Notes under the pieces: model-generated
Database searches by the model: none
What the model saw: only the letters and a program-made list of their open reading frames with translations
Told to the model about the DNA's origin: nothing
Assembly: GCA_964457845.1 (NCBI GenBank)
Contig: CAYWHP010000001.1
Span: 18,015 to 82,014, forward strand
Length of the DNA stretch: 64,000 bases
Source of the DNA: an uncultured Porphyromonadaceae bacterium
Lineage (GTDB): Bacteria > Bacteroidota > Bacteroidia > Bacteroidales > UBA12481
Reading direction: 5' to 3'
Shown here: piece by piece, positions 26,776 through 36,276 of the stretch
Numbering within the stretch: the first letter of the stretch is position 1
Layout of the letters: every line of letters begins with the position of its first letter
Translations under genes and position numbers: made by a program

Positions 26776-27768
26776 CTACCAATCAGGATTATTAACAAAT
26801 TCGAGATTCTTTGTGTATCGGCCGCGTACGAGTGAGTCCTGTGAGCGGCCCGACAGTATGAGGTTGTTAAAGCGAACGGAGCATTTGGAGGCCACCACGC
26901 CGATGGCGCCCTGAACATTCCCGTTCGGATTGATCTTGTCATCAATTTCAAGATTGAACCAGGACAGATAACGCGACAGTGTGGTGTCAGCAGCAGTAAT
27001 CATCATGCTGAAGTCCAATGGTTTGCGGTAGTTTATACGGCTGTCTGAACCGATGGAAGTTCCCATTTTTGCGAAAAATGAGTCTGAGAAGAAGCGATAA
27101 TTAAATCGATCACCATCCGGTTCGAGCTGTGATGGGAGCAACTGACGGGTGAAAACAGCCGTTTTTATGCCCGAATCACCGTTCTTCAGCACTTCCTGGT
27201 AGCGCAACTGAAAGGTGATTTCATACATCCCGGCACCCGGATCGTTCAGCCAGGTGAAGAGGATCGGGTCTTCATAAAAATAAAATCGCTTGAACCCGGC
27301 TTTCGGCGTATAAACCCTGAATGAATTCAGCAGAGAAAAATCAGCGGTGAGCGTTTTATTTTCAGATGGAATGACTATCGTCAGCCTGTAACGGCCGGGA
27401 AAAAGCAACTGGTTGATTCCGAACGATTCATTGGGCTGGGTAGGGAAATAGCCCGGATCCCTGGGTATTTCCGAATTTTTCGAAAATACCCAGGCACCAG
27501 GATCATAACCCCCGCCGAGGGTAATCGAAGCTTCAGGATAAAACACCTGGTTGCGGTCGAGTGCAAGGGTATACGGATCGGTTTTGCCGGCAAAGGATTT
27601 CGATAATTTTACGTAATGGGTGGTATCCGAAGGGTCGAATACGGCATAAACCACCGGGACAGGGGGGCCGGGGTCGACTACTTCGATTTCAGTAGAACAT
27701 CCTGATAGCCAAAATAATACAGTCAATAGGATCAGATTTGGACTGCTATATTTGCCGGCTATGCTCAT
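26776..27768 (-). CDS. DUF4249 domain-containing lipoprotein
   Basis: 330 aa with a lipoprotein signal (LFWLSGCS). Composition and length are typical of DUF4249. The call rests on recollection of the family pattern, not on a search. Confidence 0.5.
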   Translation of the reverse strand: MSIAGKYSSPNLILLTVLFWLSGCSTEIEVVDPGPPVPVVYAVFDPSDTTHYVKLSKSFAGKTDPYTLALDRNQVFYPEASITLGGGYDPGAWVFSKNSEIPRDPGYFPTQPNESFGINQLLFPGRYRLTIVIPSENKTLTADFSLLNSFRVYTPKAGFKRFYFYEDPILFTWLNDPGAGMYEITFQLRYQEVLKNGDSGIKTAVFTRQLLPSQLEPDGDRFNYRFFSDSFFAKMGTSIGSDSRINYRKPLDFSMMITAADTTLSRYLSWFNLEIDDKINPNGNVQGAIGVVASKCSVRFNNLILSGRSQDSLVRGRYTKNLEFVNNPDW

Positions 27769-27805
27769 TTTCTCTGTTTTGCACGGCGAAGATAGACGGG
27801 TTTTC

Positions 27806-27813
27806 TATTTTTG
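27806..27813 (+). promoter_or_regulatory. candidate -7 box TATTTTTG for surE
   Basis: Matches TAnnTTTG and lies 18 nt upstream of the surE ATG. Confidence 0.4.
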
Positions 27814-27830
27814 TGCGTTAAAATTATGAC

Positions 27831-28601
27831 ATGGCACAAAAACCGCTGATTCTGATATGCAATGATGACGGATACCGGGCGCGTGGTATCAGGGAGCTTA
27901 CCCAGGTTGCAGCCGGGTTTGGAGAAGTTGTATTGGTTGCCCCGCTCACCGGACAATCGGGGATGTCACATGCCGTGACGCTCAACCATCCGATACGTTT
28001 GAAAAAATCGGAAGTGCATGACGGAATCCAGGCCTATGCCTGTTCCGGAACTCCGGCAGATTGTGTTAAGATCGCGCTGAACCAGATCCTCGACCGGAAG
28101 CCGGATCTGGTTCTTTCCGGTATCAACCATGGTTCAAATGCGTCTGTCAGCCTTTTTTATTCGGGTACGGTTGCCGCAGCCATTGAAGCATGTATGAACG
28201 GCATCCCCGCTGTCGCCTTTTCGGTGGACGACCACTCCCCGGATGCCGATTTCCGTCTTGCCGTTAAACATGCAAGGCCTGTTATCGAAAGCGTACTCCG
28301 TGCCGGATTACCCACAGGTACCTGCCTGAATATCAATTTTCCGAGAATCGCTCCGGAGGAGTGCATGGGGATGCGGGTTTGCCGCCAGACAATTGGTGTG
28401 TGGAAAGAGGAGTTTGAGAAGAGGACGGATCCGCAAGGGCACGACTATTTCTGGTTGACCGGTGAATTCAGCAACGAAGAGCCGCTTGCTGAGGATACGG
28501 ATGAATGGGCACTTAAGCACAATTATGGCGCCATTGTTCCCGTTAGTGTCGATGTAACCGATTATGCCGCCCTGGAAGCACTAAGGCTCTGGGCATTCTG
28601 A
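27831..28601 (+). CDS. surE: 5'/3'-nucleotidase SurE
   Basis: 256 aa with the N-terminal ILICNDDGYRARGI motif and the GINHGSN motif. Confidence 0.9.
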   Translation: MAQKPLILICNDDGYRARGIRELTQVAAGFGEVVLVAPLTGQSGMSHAVTLNHPIRLKKSEVHDGIQAYACSGTPADCVKIALNQILDRKPDLVLSGINHGSNASVSLFYSGTVAAAIEACMNGIPAVAFSVDDHSPDADFRLAVKHARPVIESVLRAGLPTGTCLNINFPRIAPEECMGMRVCRQTIGVWKEEFEKRTDPQGHDYFWLTGEFSNEEPLAEDTDEWALKHNYGAIVPVSVDVTDYAALEALRLWAF

Positions 28602-28612
28602 AGCTATTCAAC

Positions 28613-28912
28613 ATGAACAGGACGAAACTGAACAGAATGATCACCGGATTGGTTTCGGGATTGCTGGTACCCCTGGCAGCCCTTGTTGCCTATTATTTTG
28701 CCCGGTATGGTGATCTCAGTATCGGGGAGTTCCTCACCACCTATAAAAATATGGGCGTATTAACGCACATTATCTCCCTGTCGGTACTTCCCGACCTGCT
28801 CATCTTTTTTCTGTTCATCCGGCAGAACATGCTAAAGGCGGCGAGGGGAGTGCTTCTGTCCACCTTTCTGTTTACTTTTTTGGTATTGATAATCCGTTTT
28901 TTCTGGCATTAG
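28613..28912 (+). CDS. small integral membrane protein, function unknown
   Basis: 99 aa with three predicted TM helices. It sits tightly between surE and lpxB, with 11 and 10 nt gaps. Confidence 0.55.
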   Translation: MNRTKLNRMITGLVSGLLVPLAALVAYYFARYGDLSIGEFLTTYKNMGVLTHIISLSVLPDLLIFFLFIRQNMLKAARGVLLSTFLFTFLVLIIRFFWH

Positions 28913-28922
28913 CCGGGAAATC

Positions 28923-30050
28923 ATGAAGTATTTCCTCATAACCGGAGAACCTTCAGGTGACCAGCATGGTTCAAGCCTGATGAAGGCCATTCTGAGAACA
29001 GACCCTGCCGCTGAATTCCGGTTTCTTGGCGGGGATCTCATGGAAAGAGTTGGCGGTATACCGGTGATTCATATTCGCGAGATGGCGTTTATGGGCTTTA
29101 CCCAAATTATTTTCAGGCTGTTTCGCATCCGAAGAATTTTTGTGACCTGTCGCCGGGCGATTCTTGATTTTAATCCGGATGTTGTAGTTCCGTTGGATTA
29201 TGGTGGGTTCAACCTGCGTATGATCAAATGGCTCAGCAAGATGAGTTTCCGATCAGTTTACTACATCACCCCGAAGGTATGGGCGTGGATGCCCTCACGC
29301 GCTGCAGGCCTGGCCCGATTCACTGAGAAAGCGCTGTGTGTGCTGCCCTTTGAGGAGCCTTTTCTTCGCCTGTACGGGGTTGATGCCCATTATGTGGGCA
29401 ACCCGGTTTTGGAATATATCATACCAGTATCGAAACAGAACCCCGACGATATCCGGACTGGTCTGGGGATTTCCCCGAAACCGGTTGTGGCCCTGCTGCC
29501 GGGAAGCCGAAGGCAGGAGATAACCGGCATGCTGCCTTTAATGGCCCGCGTCGCTGAGAAATTTCCGGATTATCAGTTTATAATCGCCGGCCACGCCAAT
29601 TTTCCGGAGTCGTTTTACGCGGACCTTACCCAAGGCCGGAATTTGCCGGTCGTTTATGGCAGCACACTCGAACTGCTGAAGGTAGCTTATGCCGCCGTCA
29701 TCAATTCGGGAACGGCCACGCTGGAAGCAGCCTTGCTCGGAACTCCGCAGGTAGTCTGCTATCGTACCAATACCCTGTCGTACCTGATTGCCCGGGTTCT
29801 TATCCGGGTCGACTACATATCCCTGGTAAACCTTATTCTCGGCAAACCCTGCATAAAAGAGCTCATACAGAGAGGATGCAATGACAGGAATGTGGAGCGG
29901 GAACTGTCTTCCCTGTTAAACGATGAAGGATACCGGAAGGAAGTGCACCGGGGATACGGGGAACTTGAAACCCTTATAGGTGCCGGCAATGCTTCAGCAA
30001 CAGCTGCGGCAGTCATCTGCCGGGTAGCCTCAACAGCCCGGCAGGTATGA
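28923..30050 (+). CDS. lpxB: lipid-A-disaccharide synthase
   Basis: 375 aa with the N-terminal motif ITGEPSGDQHGSSLM and the SGTATLEAALLGTP motif. Confidence 0.9.
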   Translation: MKYFLITGEPSGDQHGSSLMKAILRTDPAAEFRFLGGDLMERVGGIPVIHIREMAFMGFTQIIFRLFRIRRIFVTCRRAILDFNPDVVVPLDYGGFNLRMIKWLSKMSFRSVYYITPKVWAWMPSRAAGLARFTEKALCVLPFEEPFLRLYGVDAHYVGNPVLEYIIPVSKQNPDDIRTGLGISPKPVVALLPGSRRQEITGMLPLMARVAEKFPDYQFIIAGHANFPESFYADLTQGRNLPVVYGSTLELLKVAYAAVINSGTATLEAALLGTPQVVCYRTNTLSYLIARVLIRVDYISLVNLILGKPCIKELIQRGCNDRNVERELSSLLNDEGYRKEVHRGYGELETLIGAGNASATAAAVICRVASTARQV

Positions 30051-30091
30051 TATTTTTAATACATTTGTAGCTCTCAAAAATTGGCAATTTT

Positions 30092-30823
30092 ATGCTTACC
30101 TTGCTTAAACGTGAGATAAACGGATTTTTCAGTTCGCTTACGGGATACATTGTCATCATTGTATTCCTTTTGCTTAACGGACTGTTTCTCTGGGTGTTTC
30201 CGGGTGAATTCAATGTGTTGGAAACCGGATATTCCAGTCTGGATCCGATGTTTATCCTGGCACCATGGGTATTTCTTTTTCTTGTTCCGGCAGTTACCAT
30301 GCGGCTTTTCTCCGATGAGAAACGGACAGGTACCCTTGAACTGCTGCTGAGCAGGCCGCTCCCAGATATAAAGATTATCCTGGCAAAGTACCTCTCCGGC
30401 CTGGTGCTCGTGGTGCTGTCAATTCTTCCAACTCTGGTCTATTTTTTTTCCGTAATGTGGCTGGGCGAACCAAAGGGCAATATGGATACCGGTGGTTTCT
30501 GGGGGTCCTTCATCGGCCTCTTTTTTCTTGCCGGTGTTTATGTGGCCATTGGCCTTTTTGCCTCTTCAGTGACGGATAATCAGATTGTATCCTTTATCCT
30601 CGGTGTTACCGGTTGCTTTGTTTTGTTTCTCGGATTCGATTATGTTTCAAAACTGGGGCTTCCGGGAGGTCTCGAGAATTTCGTCTCCGGTCTGGGGATT
30701 TCTTACCACTACAATTCATTGGCAAGGGGAGTGATCGATACCCGCGATATCCTCTATTTCGGATCGGTCATAGCTGTATTCGTTCTTTTCACGAAAGTTG
30801 TACTGGAGAGCAGGAAATGGTAG
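30092..30823 (+). CDS. gldF: gliding motility-associated ABC transporter permease GldF
   Basis: 243 aa with six TM helices (ABC-2 type). It begins MLTLLKREINGFFSSLTGY and is followed directly by gldG. Confidence 0.8.
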   Translation: MLTLLKREINGFFSSLTGYIVIIVFLLLNGLFLWVFPGEFNVLETGYSSLDPMFILAPWVFLFLVPAVTMRLFSDEKRTGTLELLLSRPLPDIKIILAKYLSGLVLVVLSILPTLVYFFSVMWLGEPKGNMDTGGFWGSFIGLFFLAGVYVAIGLFASSVTDNQIVSFILGVTGCFVLFLGFDYVSKLGLPGGLENFVSGLGISYHYNSLARGVIDTRDILYFGSVIAVFVLFTKVVLESRKW

Positions 30824-30834
30824 GAGGAAAATCA

Positions 30835-32565
30835 ATGAACAAGAAAAAGGTAAAAAGGCAGAACCTGCTTGAACTTGCATTACTGCTTACCGTGGTGGTC
30901 CTGGTGAACCTGGTTGGATATTATGCTTTTCACCGTTTCGACCTGACACAGGAAAAACGATATTCCGTTTCAAAGGGTACCAAGACCTATCTGAAAGAAC
31001 TCAAAGACATTGTTTATATTAAGGTATATCTGGGCGACGAAAATCTTCCGGCAGGCTTCCGGCGCCTTCAGCAGGCTACACGCGAACTGCTGGATGAATT
31101 CAAGGTGTACGGGAAGCAGAATATCGAATTTGAATTTGTAAACCCTTCTGAAAACCCCGACTTAAAGGCCCGCACCGAAGTATATGACGGACTTGTAAAG
31201 GATGGATTGCAGTGGTTCAAGATCCAGTCGCAGAAGAACGACGGAACAAGCACCAACCAGGTGATCTTTCCGTCGGCCATCATGACCTATCGCCAGCATG
31301 GCCAGGAGTATGAACGGGTGGTGAATTTCTTTCAGGGTTCAACGGCGGGCACCTTTAATGACGGAGACATCAACAAATCGATAGAGACCCTTGAGTATGA
31401 GTTTATTACCGGAATCCGGACCGTATCCCGCGAAAACACACCTACAGTCGGATTCATAGAGGGACATGGTGAGCTGGACCAATACCAGGTAGCCCGGTTT
31501 GCCAGAGCAGTCGGCGATTTTTATATTGTCAAACGGGTTGCCATCGAGGAACAGATTAGCGCGCTGGATAAGTGCCAGGCGATTGTTATTGCCGATCCGA
31601 AGACAAAATATTCCGAGAAAGACAAATTCATAATCGACCAGTTCATCATGCGCGGCGGGAAGGTGCTCTGGCTTGTGGATGCTGTAAAGGTGGATATGAG
31701 TCAGCTTGCCAACAGCAACGAAACGATGGGGGAAATCAACAGCGCCGTAAATCTGGGTGATATCATCTACTCGTATGGTGCCCGCATCAATTCGAGCCTG
31801 GTACAGGATTACCAATGTGCTGCAATTCCGGTAAATGCTGCTCCCGAAGGTGCGGAGGCTCCTGTCTGGAAGCTTGGGTTCTTTCCATTTTTCCCATTGG
31901 TGATGGGCAAGGACGACAACCCGATATCACGGAACATAAACCCGGTAAAATTTGACTTTGTCAGTCCCATTGATACTGTTGGCGAAGATCCCAAAGTGCG
32001 CAAATCCGTTTTGCTTGCCACATCAGCAAGAAGCCGCATCATTCGCTCGCCGATCAGGGTCTCCACCGATATCTTTGCCGAGAAGCCCGATCCTTCGAAA
32101 TTCTCGCTGCAGCACCTGCCGGTGGCTGTGATGATGGAAGGAGAATTCGTGAGTCATTACAAGAACCGGCTGCCGCCCGAATTCCTGAATAATGACGTTC
32201 TGAAAATTTTCGATAAAAGCCAGGTGCCAACAAAAATGATCGTTGTGTCAGACGGAGATTGTGCGAGAAACCTGGTCTCGTTCAAGGAAGGTAAGTACAT
32301 GACCCAGCCGCTGGGATGGGATGCCCCAACAAAAACCACCTACGGAAACCGTGAGTTTCTGCTCAATTGTGTCAATTATCTCATGGATGATTCGGGGGTA
32401 ATGACACTCCGAAACAGGGAGGTGAGGGTGAGAATGCTCGACCAGGTGAAGATCACCCGTGAAAGGACCTTCTGGAGGCTCTTCAATGTTGGGCTTCCGA
32501 TTTTCCTGATTATCTGCATGGGTCTGATTTACCTTGTTTTAAGGAAACGTAAGTATTCAAAGTAA
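30835..32565 (+). CDS. gldG: gliding motility-associated ABC transporter substrate-binding protein GldG
   Basis: Start chosen at MNKKKVKRQNLLEL (30835); 30817 (MVGGKS) is also possible. It has N- and C-terminal TM anchors around a large periplasmic domain. The track start at 30613 lies inside gldF. Confidence 0.8.
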   Translation: MNKKKVKRQNLLELALLLTVVVLVNLVGYYAFHRFDLTQEKRYSVSKGTKTYLKELKDIVYIKVYLGDENLPAGFRRLQQATRELLDEFKVYGKQNIEFEFVNPSENPDLKARTEVYDGLVKDGLQWFKIQSQKNDGTSTNQVIFPSAIMTYRQHGQEYERVVNFFQGSTAGTFNDGDINKSIETLEYEFITGIRTVSRENTPTVGFIEGHGELDQYQVARFARAVGDFYIVKRVAIEEQISALDKCQAIVIADPKTKYSEKDKFIIDQFIMRGGKVLWLVDAVKVDMSQLANSNETMGEINSAVNLGDIIYSYGARINSSLVQDYQCAAIPVNAAPEGAEAPVWKLGFFPFFPLVMGKDDNPISRNINPVKFDFVSPIDTVGEDPKVRKSVLLATSARSRIIRSPIRVSTDIFAEKPDPSKFSLQHLPVAVMMEGEFVSHYKNRLPPEFLNNDVLKIFDKSQVPTKMIVVSDGDCARNLVSFKEGKYMTQPLGWDAPTKTTYGNREFLLNCVNYLMDDSGVMTLRNREVRVRMLDQVKITRERTFWRLFNVGLPIFLIICMGLIYLVLRKRKYSK

Positions 32566-32566
32566 A

Positions 32567-33571
32567 ATGAAAAGAAACACCATAATTATTGGTTTGATCG
32601 TTGTGCTCGCCGTTATCGCAGTCGTTCTGGTTTCGCGCCGGAGCAGCAGTACCATCAGGCGTGAGCTAAGGGATTTTGCGGTTGAAGACACCGCTTCGGT
32701 CGACCGGATCTTCATGGTCCGGAAGGACAACCAGCAAGTGCTCCTGACCCGTGAGGGCGATCACTGGATGGTTAATAATAAGTATGAGGTAAGGCCGGAT
32801 GCAATCGATATCCTCCTCAAAACGCTGAACCGGCTGCGGGTAAAATCACCGGTCTCCTCGTCAATGCTTGACAATGCGGTTAGAATGCTGGCCACCAGGA
32901 ACACAAAGGTTGAGGTCTATCGGAAGAACAAGCTTTTGAAAACTATATATGTAGGCGGCCCCACACAGGACCAGATGGGTACTTTTATGATGCTGGAAGG
33001 CTCTTCGGCTCCATTCATTGTTCATATCCCCGGATTCATCGGCTATCTGTCAACACGTTTTTTTATCGAGGAACAGGGATGGAAATCGACCGTTATCTAC
33101 AAGTATAATTTTAACGACATAAAATCAGTGACCATGGTGAATCCGGCCGATGCGGCTTCGTCATACCGGCTTAACAGTGAAGGCCAGAACCGTTTTTCCC
33201 TCCAGAGGCCCGACGGAGCTCCGTTTCCGGGAGTGTTGGACACTGTATCGGTAAAGTTTTACCTGAGCCAGTTTGAGCGGGTGAATTTTGAGTTTTTTGC
33301 CGACAGCCTTACTGCAAAGGTCAGGGATTCGCTACTTTCATTAACACCATACCGGACACTTCTGCTTGAGGACCGTAACGGAAAGGTTAAGTCACTGAGT
33401 GCATGGAAACGCCCCTCATTCGGTAAGCCCGATTCGGATGGAAATCCGCAGGAGTTTGACGGGGAACGCCTCTGGGCGCTTATCGATAAGCAAAAGTGGG
33501 TGGTCATCCAGTATTATGTTTTCAACTCCCTCTTCGCCAACCCGCTTGCATTTCTCAAACCGAACCCGTGA
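32567..33571 (+). CDS. DUF4340 domain-containing protein (usual GldG neighbour)
   Basis: 334 aa with an N-terminal anchor. It starts 1 nt after the gldG stop. The family assignment comes from the conserved gldFG context and the sequence pattern. Confidence 0.55.
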   Translation: MKRNTIIIGLIVVLAVIAVVLVSRRSSSTIRRELRDFAVEDTASVDRIFMVRKDNQQVLLTREGDHWMVNNKYEVRPDAIDILLKTLNRLRVKSPVSSSMLDNAVRMLATRNTKVEVYRKNKLLKTIYVGGPTQDQMGTFMMLEGSSAPFIVHIPGFIGYLSTRFFIEEQGWKSTVIYKYNFNDIKSVTMVNPADAASSYRLNSEGQNRFSLQRPDGAPFPGVLDTVSVKFYLSQFERVNFEFFADSLTAKVRDSLLSLTPYRTLLLEDRNGKVKSLSAWKRPSFGKPDSDGNPQEFDGERLWALIDKQKWVVIQYYVFNSLFANPLAFLKPNP

Positions 33572-33678
33572 GTAAAAAGTTGTTTATAATTTGATCCTCA
33601 TGCAACTGCGAATCAACTCCTTTTTACTATTTTTAGACGGCAAACCGATATATATTGACTGTTAACCAGTAAATCATT

Positions 33679-34809
33679 ATGAAGTTCATCATCTCCAGTA
33701 CAGATCTGCTTTCTCACCTTCAGGCAATTAGCCGGGTGATCAGTACAAAGAATACACTACCTATCCTGGATAATTTCTTATTCCAGTTGAATAACAATGT
33801 GTTAACGGTAACCGCTTCCGATCTGGAAACGACAATGATCACAAGCCTGGCGATGGAAAATGCCGATGGTACGGGATCTATTGCTATCCCGGCCCGAATC
33901 CTTATTGATACGCTTAAGGAGTTCCCCGAACAACCGCTAACCTTCGATATCAACCTGGATTCCCTGGGTGTCGATATCGTATCAGAAAATGGTAAGTTCA
34001 GCATCGTTGGCAAGCCCGGAATTGATTTTCCGGTGCTGCAGGGGTTGAAGGAAGACCGCATTACCGAGGTTTCGTTCCCGGCCGATTCACTCAATAAGGG
34101 TATTAACAGAACACTTTTCGCAACCGCCGATGATGAGCTGAGGCCCGTAATGAACGGGATTCTGATCGAGCTCCGGCAGGATCACGTCACTTTCGTTTCC
34201 TCGGATGCCCACAAACTGGTCCGTTACAGGAGAATGGATATCCGCAGCGTAAAGGACTCTTCCTTCATTCTGCCTAAAAAGCCGGCCAACCTCCTGAAAA
34301 ACATCCTGCCGCGTGAAGAGAATGAAGTGAACCTCGCTTTTGATGAAAAGAATGCGATTTTCACCCTTTCGGAGTATAAACTGATATGCCGCCTTGTGGA
34401 AGGCAATTACCCGGCCTATGAGTCGGTAATACCGAAAAATAACCCGAATAAGGTACTTGTTAACCGCGTGCTGTTCCTTAACACACTCCGCCGGGTCTCG
34501 GTATACTCTAATCAGGCAAGCAATCTGGTTAAACTTCAGCTTACCCCGAACCAGCTTGTGGTTTCGGCGCAGGACATCGACTATTCGATCTCCGCCGTTG
34601 AAAAGCTGAATTGCCAGTATGGCGGCGACAGCATGGAAATCGGGTTTAAATCCCTGTTTCTTATCGATATCCTGAGCAATATTGTCGGTGAGGAGGTAAT
34701 AGCCGAACTTGCCGATCCAACAAGGGCCGGAATCCTGGTGCCAAGGGAGGAAGAGTCGGATGACGAAAATCTTCTGATGCTCCTGATGCCCATGATGATC
34801 AATACCTGA
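33679..34809 (+). CDS. dnaN: DNA polymerase III subunit beta (sliding clamp)
   Basis: 376 aa. It begins MKFIISSTDLLSHLQAISRVISTKNTLPILDNFLF and ends with LLMPMMI. Confidence 0.92.
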   Translation: MKFIISSTDLLSHLQAISRVISTKNTLPILDNFLFQLNNNVLTVTASDLETTMITSLAMENADGTGSIAIPARILIDTLKEFPEQPLTFDINLDSLGVDIVSENGKFSIVGKPGIDFPVLQGLKEDRITEVSFPADSLNKGINRTLFATADDELRPVMNGILIELRQDHVTFVSSDAHKLVRYRRMDIRSVKDSSFILPKKPANLLKNILPREENEVNLAFDEKNAIFTLSEYKLICRLVEGNYPAYESVIPKNNPNKVLVNRVLFLNTLRRVSVYSNQASNLVKLQLTPNQLVVSAQDIDYSISAVEKLNCQYGGDSMEIGFKSLFLIDILSNIVGEEVIAELADPTRAGILVPREEESDDENLLMLLMPMMINT

Positions 34810-34813
34810 TTAT

Positions 34814-34842
34814 AGCCCCGCTCCGGCGGGGTTCTTTTTTTT
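34814..34842 (+). terminator. rho-independent terminator after dnaN
   Basis: The AGCCCCGC-TCCG-GCGGGGTT hairpin is followed by CTTTTTTTTT. Confidence 0.75.
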
Positions 34843-34844
34843 AA

Positions 34845-35660
34845 ATGACCAAAAAAACGTATACCGACATGAATCAGGCAGGACTGCCCTTTATCAACAT
34901 TCAGCTTACCCGGCCGATCGTATTCCTGGACATCGAATCAACCGGACTTAATATCGGAACCGATCGTATCGTGGAACTCGCACTCCTTAAAGTGACGAGC
35001 GACGGAACCAAGTCGGGGAAAACCTACCGGGTTAACCCGGAAATGCCGATCCCGCCCGAGGTTACGCTGATTCACGGAATTACCGACAGTGATGTGGCGA
35101 ATTCGCCAACCTTTCGGATGATTGCCGGCGAGGTTGCTGCCTTGATCAAGGGGTGCGATCTCGGTGGTTACAATTCGGATAAATTCGACATACCCATGCT
35201 GGCAGAAGAGTTTGCCAGGGCAGATTTCGATATTGATCTGAAGGAGAACAAATTCGTTGACGTTCAGGCGATTTTCTTTCTGAAAGAGCCCAGGAACCTT
35301 TCGGCCGCCTACCGGTTTTACTGCAATAAGGAGCTGACCAATGCCCATTCTGCCATGGCAGATGTTGAGGCCACCTGGGAGGTTCTTCAGGCTCAACTGG
35401 AAAAGTATCCCGATCTCGGAAGATCTGTGGAGTCGTTATCCGCTTTGCGGCAAGGCAACAGATTTGTTGATTTTGCCGGCCGGATAGTTCTTGATGACGA
35501 TGGAAAGGAAGTATTCAATTTCGGGAAGCACAAGGGAAAACGGGTTCTGGATGTTTTTACCCGTGAGGAGTCCTACTACCGCTGGATGATGGACGGCGAC
35601 TTTCCGGCATATACCAAGAAGGTGATTACCAGGCTTTATCTACAACTTAGAAAATTCTGA
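34845..35660 (+). CDS. 3'-5' exonuclease, DnaQ/epsilon-like (DEDDh)
   Basis: 271 aa with Exo I (FLDIESTGL), Exo II (GYNSDKFDIPML) and Exo III (HSAMADVEAT) motifs. Confidence 0.8.
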   Translation: MTKKTYTDMNQAGLPFINIQLTRPIVFLDIESTGLNIGTDRIVELALLKVTSDGTKSGKTYRVNPEMPIPPEVTLIHGITDSDVANSPTFRMIAGEVAALIKGCDLGGYNSDKFDIPMLAEEFARADFDIDLKENKFVDVQAIFFLKEPRNLSAAYRFYCNKELTNAHSAMADVEATWEVLQAQLEKYPDLGRSVESLSALRQGNRFVDFAGRIVLDDDGKEVFNFGKHKGKRVLDVFTREESYYRWMMDGDFPAYTKKVITRLYLQLRKF

Positions 35661-35662
35661 CC

Positions 35663-36274
35663 ATGAAAATCATTGCAATTGGCCGAAACTACGGGGAACA
35701 CGCTAAGGAACTCAATAATGCGGTCCCAACCGAACCGATTGTTTTTATGAAACCTGATACTGCCCTTGTCAAGGGCAACAAACCATTCTTTTATCCGGAT
35801 TTCTCTTCGGATATTCATCACGAACTGGAGATTGTTTATAAAATCAGCAGAGTCGGCAAAAATATTGCCGAGCAGTTCGCCGGGCGTTATTTCGAGGAAG
35901 TCACGGTGGGTATTGATTTTACTGCGCGGGATATCCAGCAGAAATCCAAGGAGAAGGGGCACCCCTGGGAAACAGCCAAGGCATTCGACAATTCGGCGCC
36001 GGTTGGAATTTTTGTTCCTAAATCAGAATTTGGCGATATCCATAACCTGAATTTCACGCTCTGTCTGAATGACAAAAAAGTGCAGGTGGGTAATACGGCG
36101 GATATGATCTTCCCGATAGAATACCTAATCTCCTATATTTCAAGGTTTTTTACTCTGCAGATGGGCGACCTGATATTTACCGGAACACCTGCCGGTGTTG
36201 GTCCGGTTAAGCCCGGCGATCACCTTGTTGCAGATATTGAGGGCAGAACATTACTCGATTTCGAGGTAAAATAG
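35663..36274 (+). CDS. fumarylacetoacetate hydrolase family protein
   Basis: 203 aa with a FAH-fold pattern (HELEIVYKI, GIDFTARD, GDLIFTGTPAGVGP). Confidence 0.8.
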   Translation: MKIIAIGRNYGEHAKELNNAVPTEPIVFMKPDTALVKGNKPFFYPDFSSDIHHELEIVYKISRVGKNIAEQFAGRYFEEVTVGIDFTARDIQQKSKEKGHPWETAKAFDNSAPVGIFVPKSEFGDIHNLNFTLCLNDKKVQVGNTADMIFPIEYLISYISRFFTLQMGDLIFTGTPAGVGPVKPGDHLVADIEGRTLLDFEVK

Positions 36275-36276
36275 GA

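Noticed and set aside
26387-26782. A 131 aa ORF overlapping crcB in another frame on the same strand.
   Set aside because: The crcB frame gives a four-TM protein with family motifs. The alternative frame is Arg/Pro/Cys-rich with no features.
30613-30834. A 74-codon N-terminal extension of gldG suggested by the ORF track (start at 30613).
   Set aside because: The extension overlaps the 3' third of gldF in another frame. Its translation is Arg/Ser-rich nonsense. The GldG-like N-terminus (basic stretch plus a TM helix) begins at 30835.
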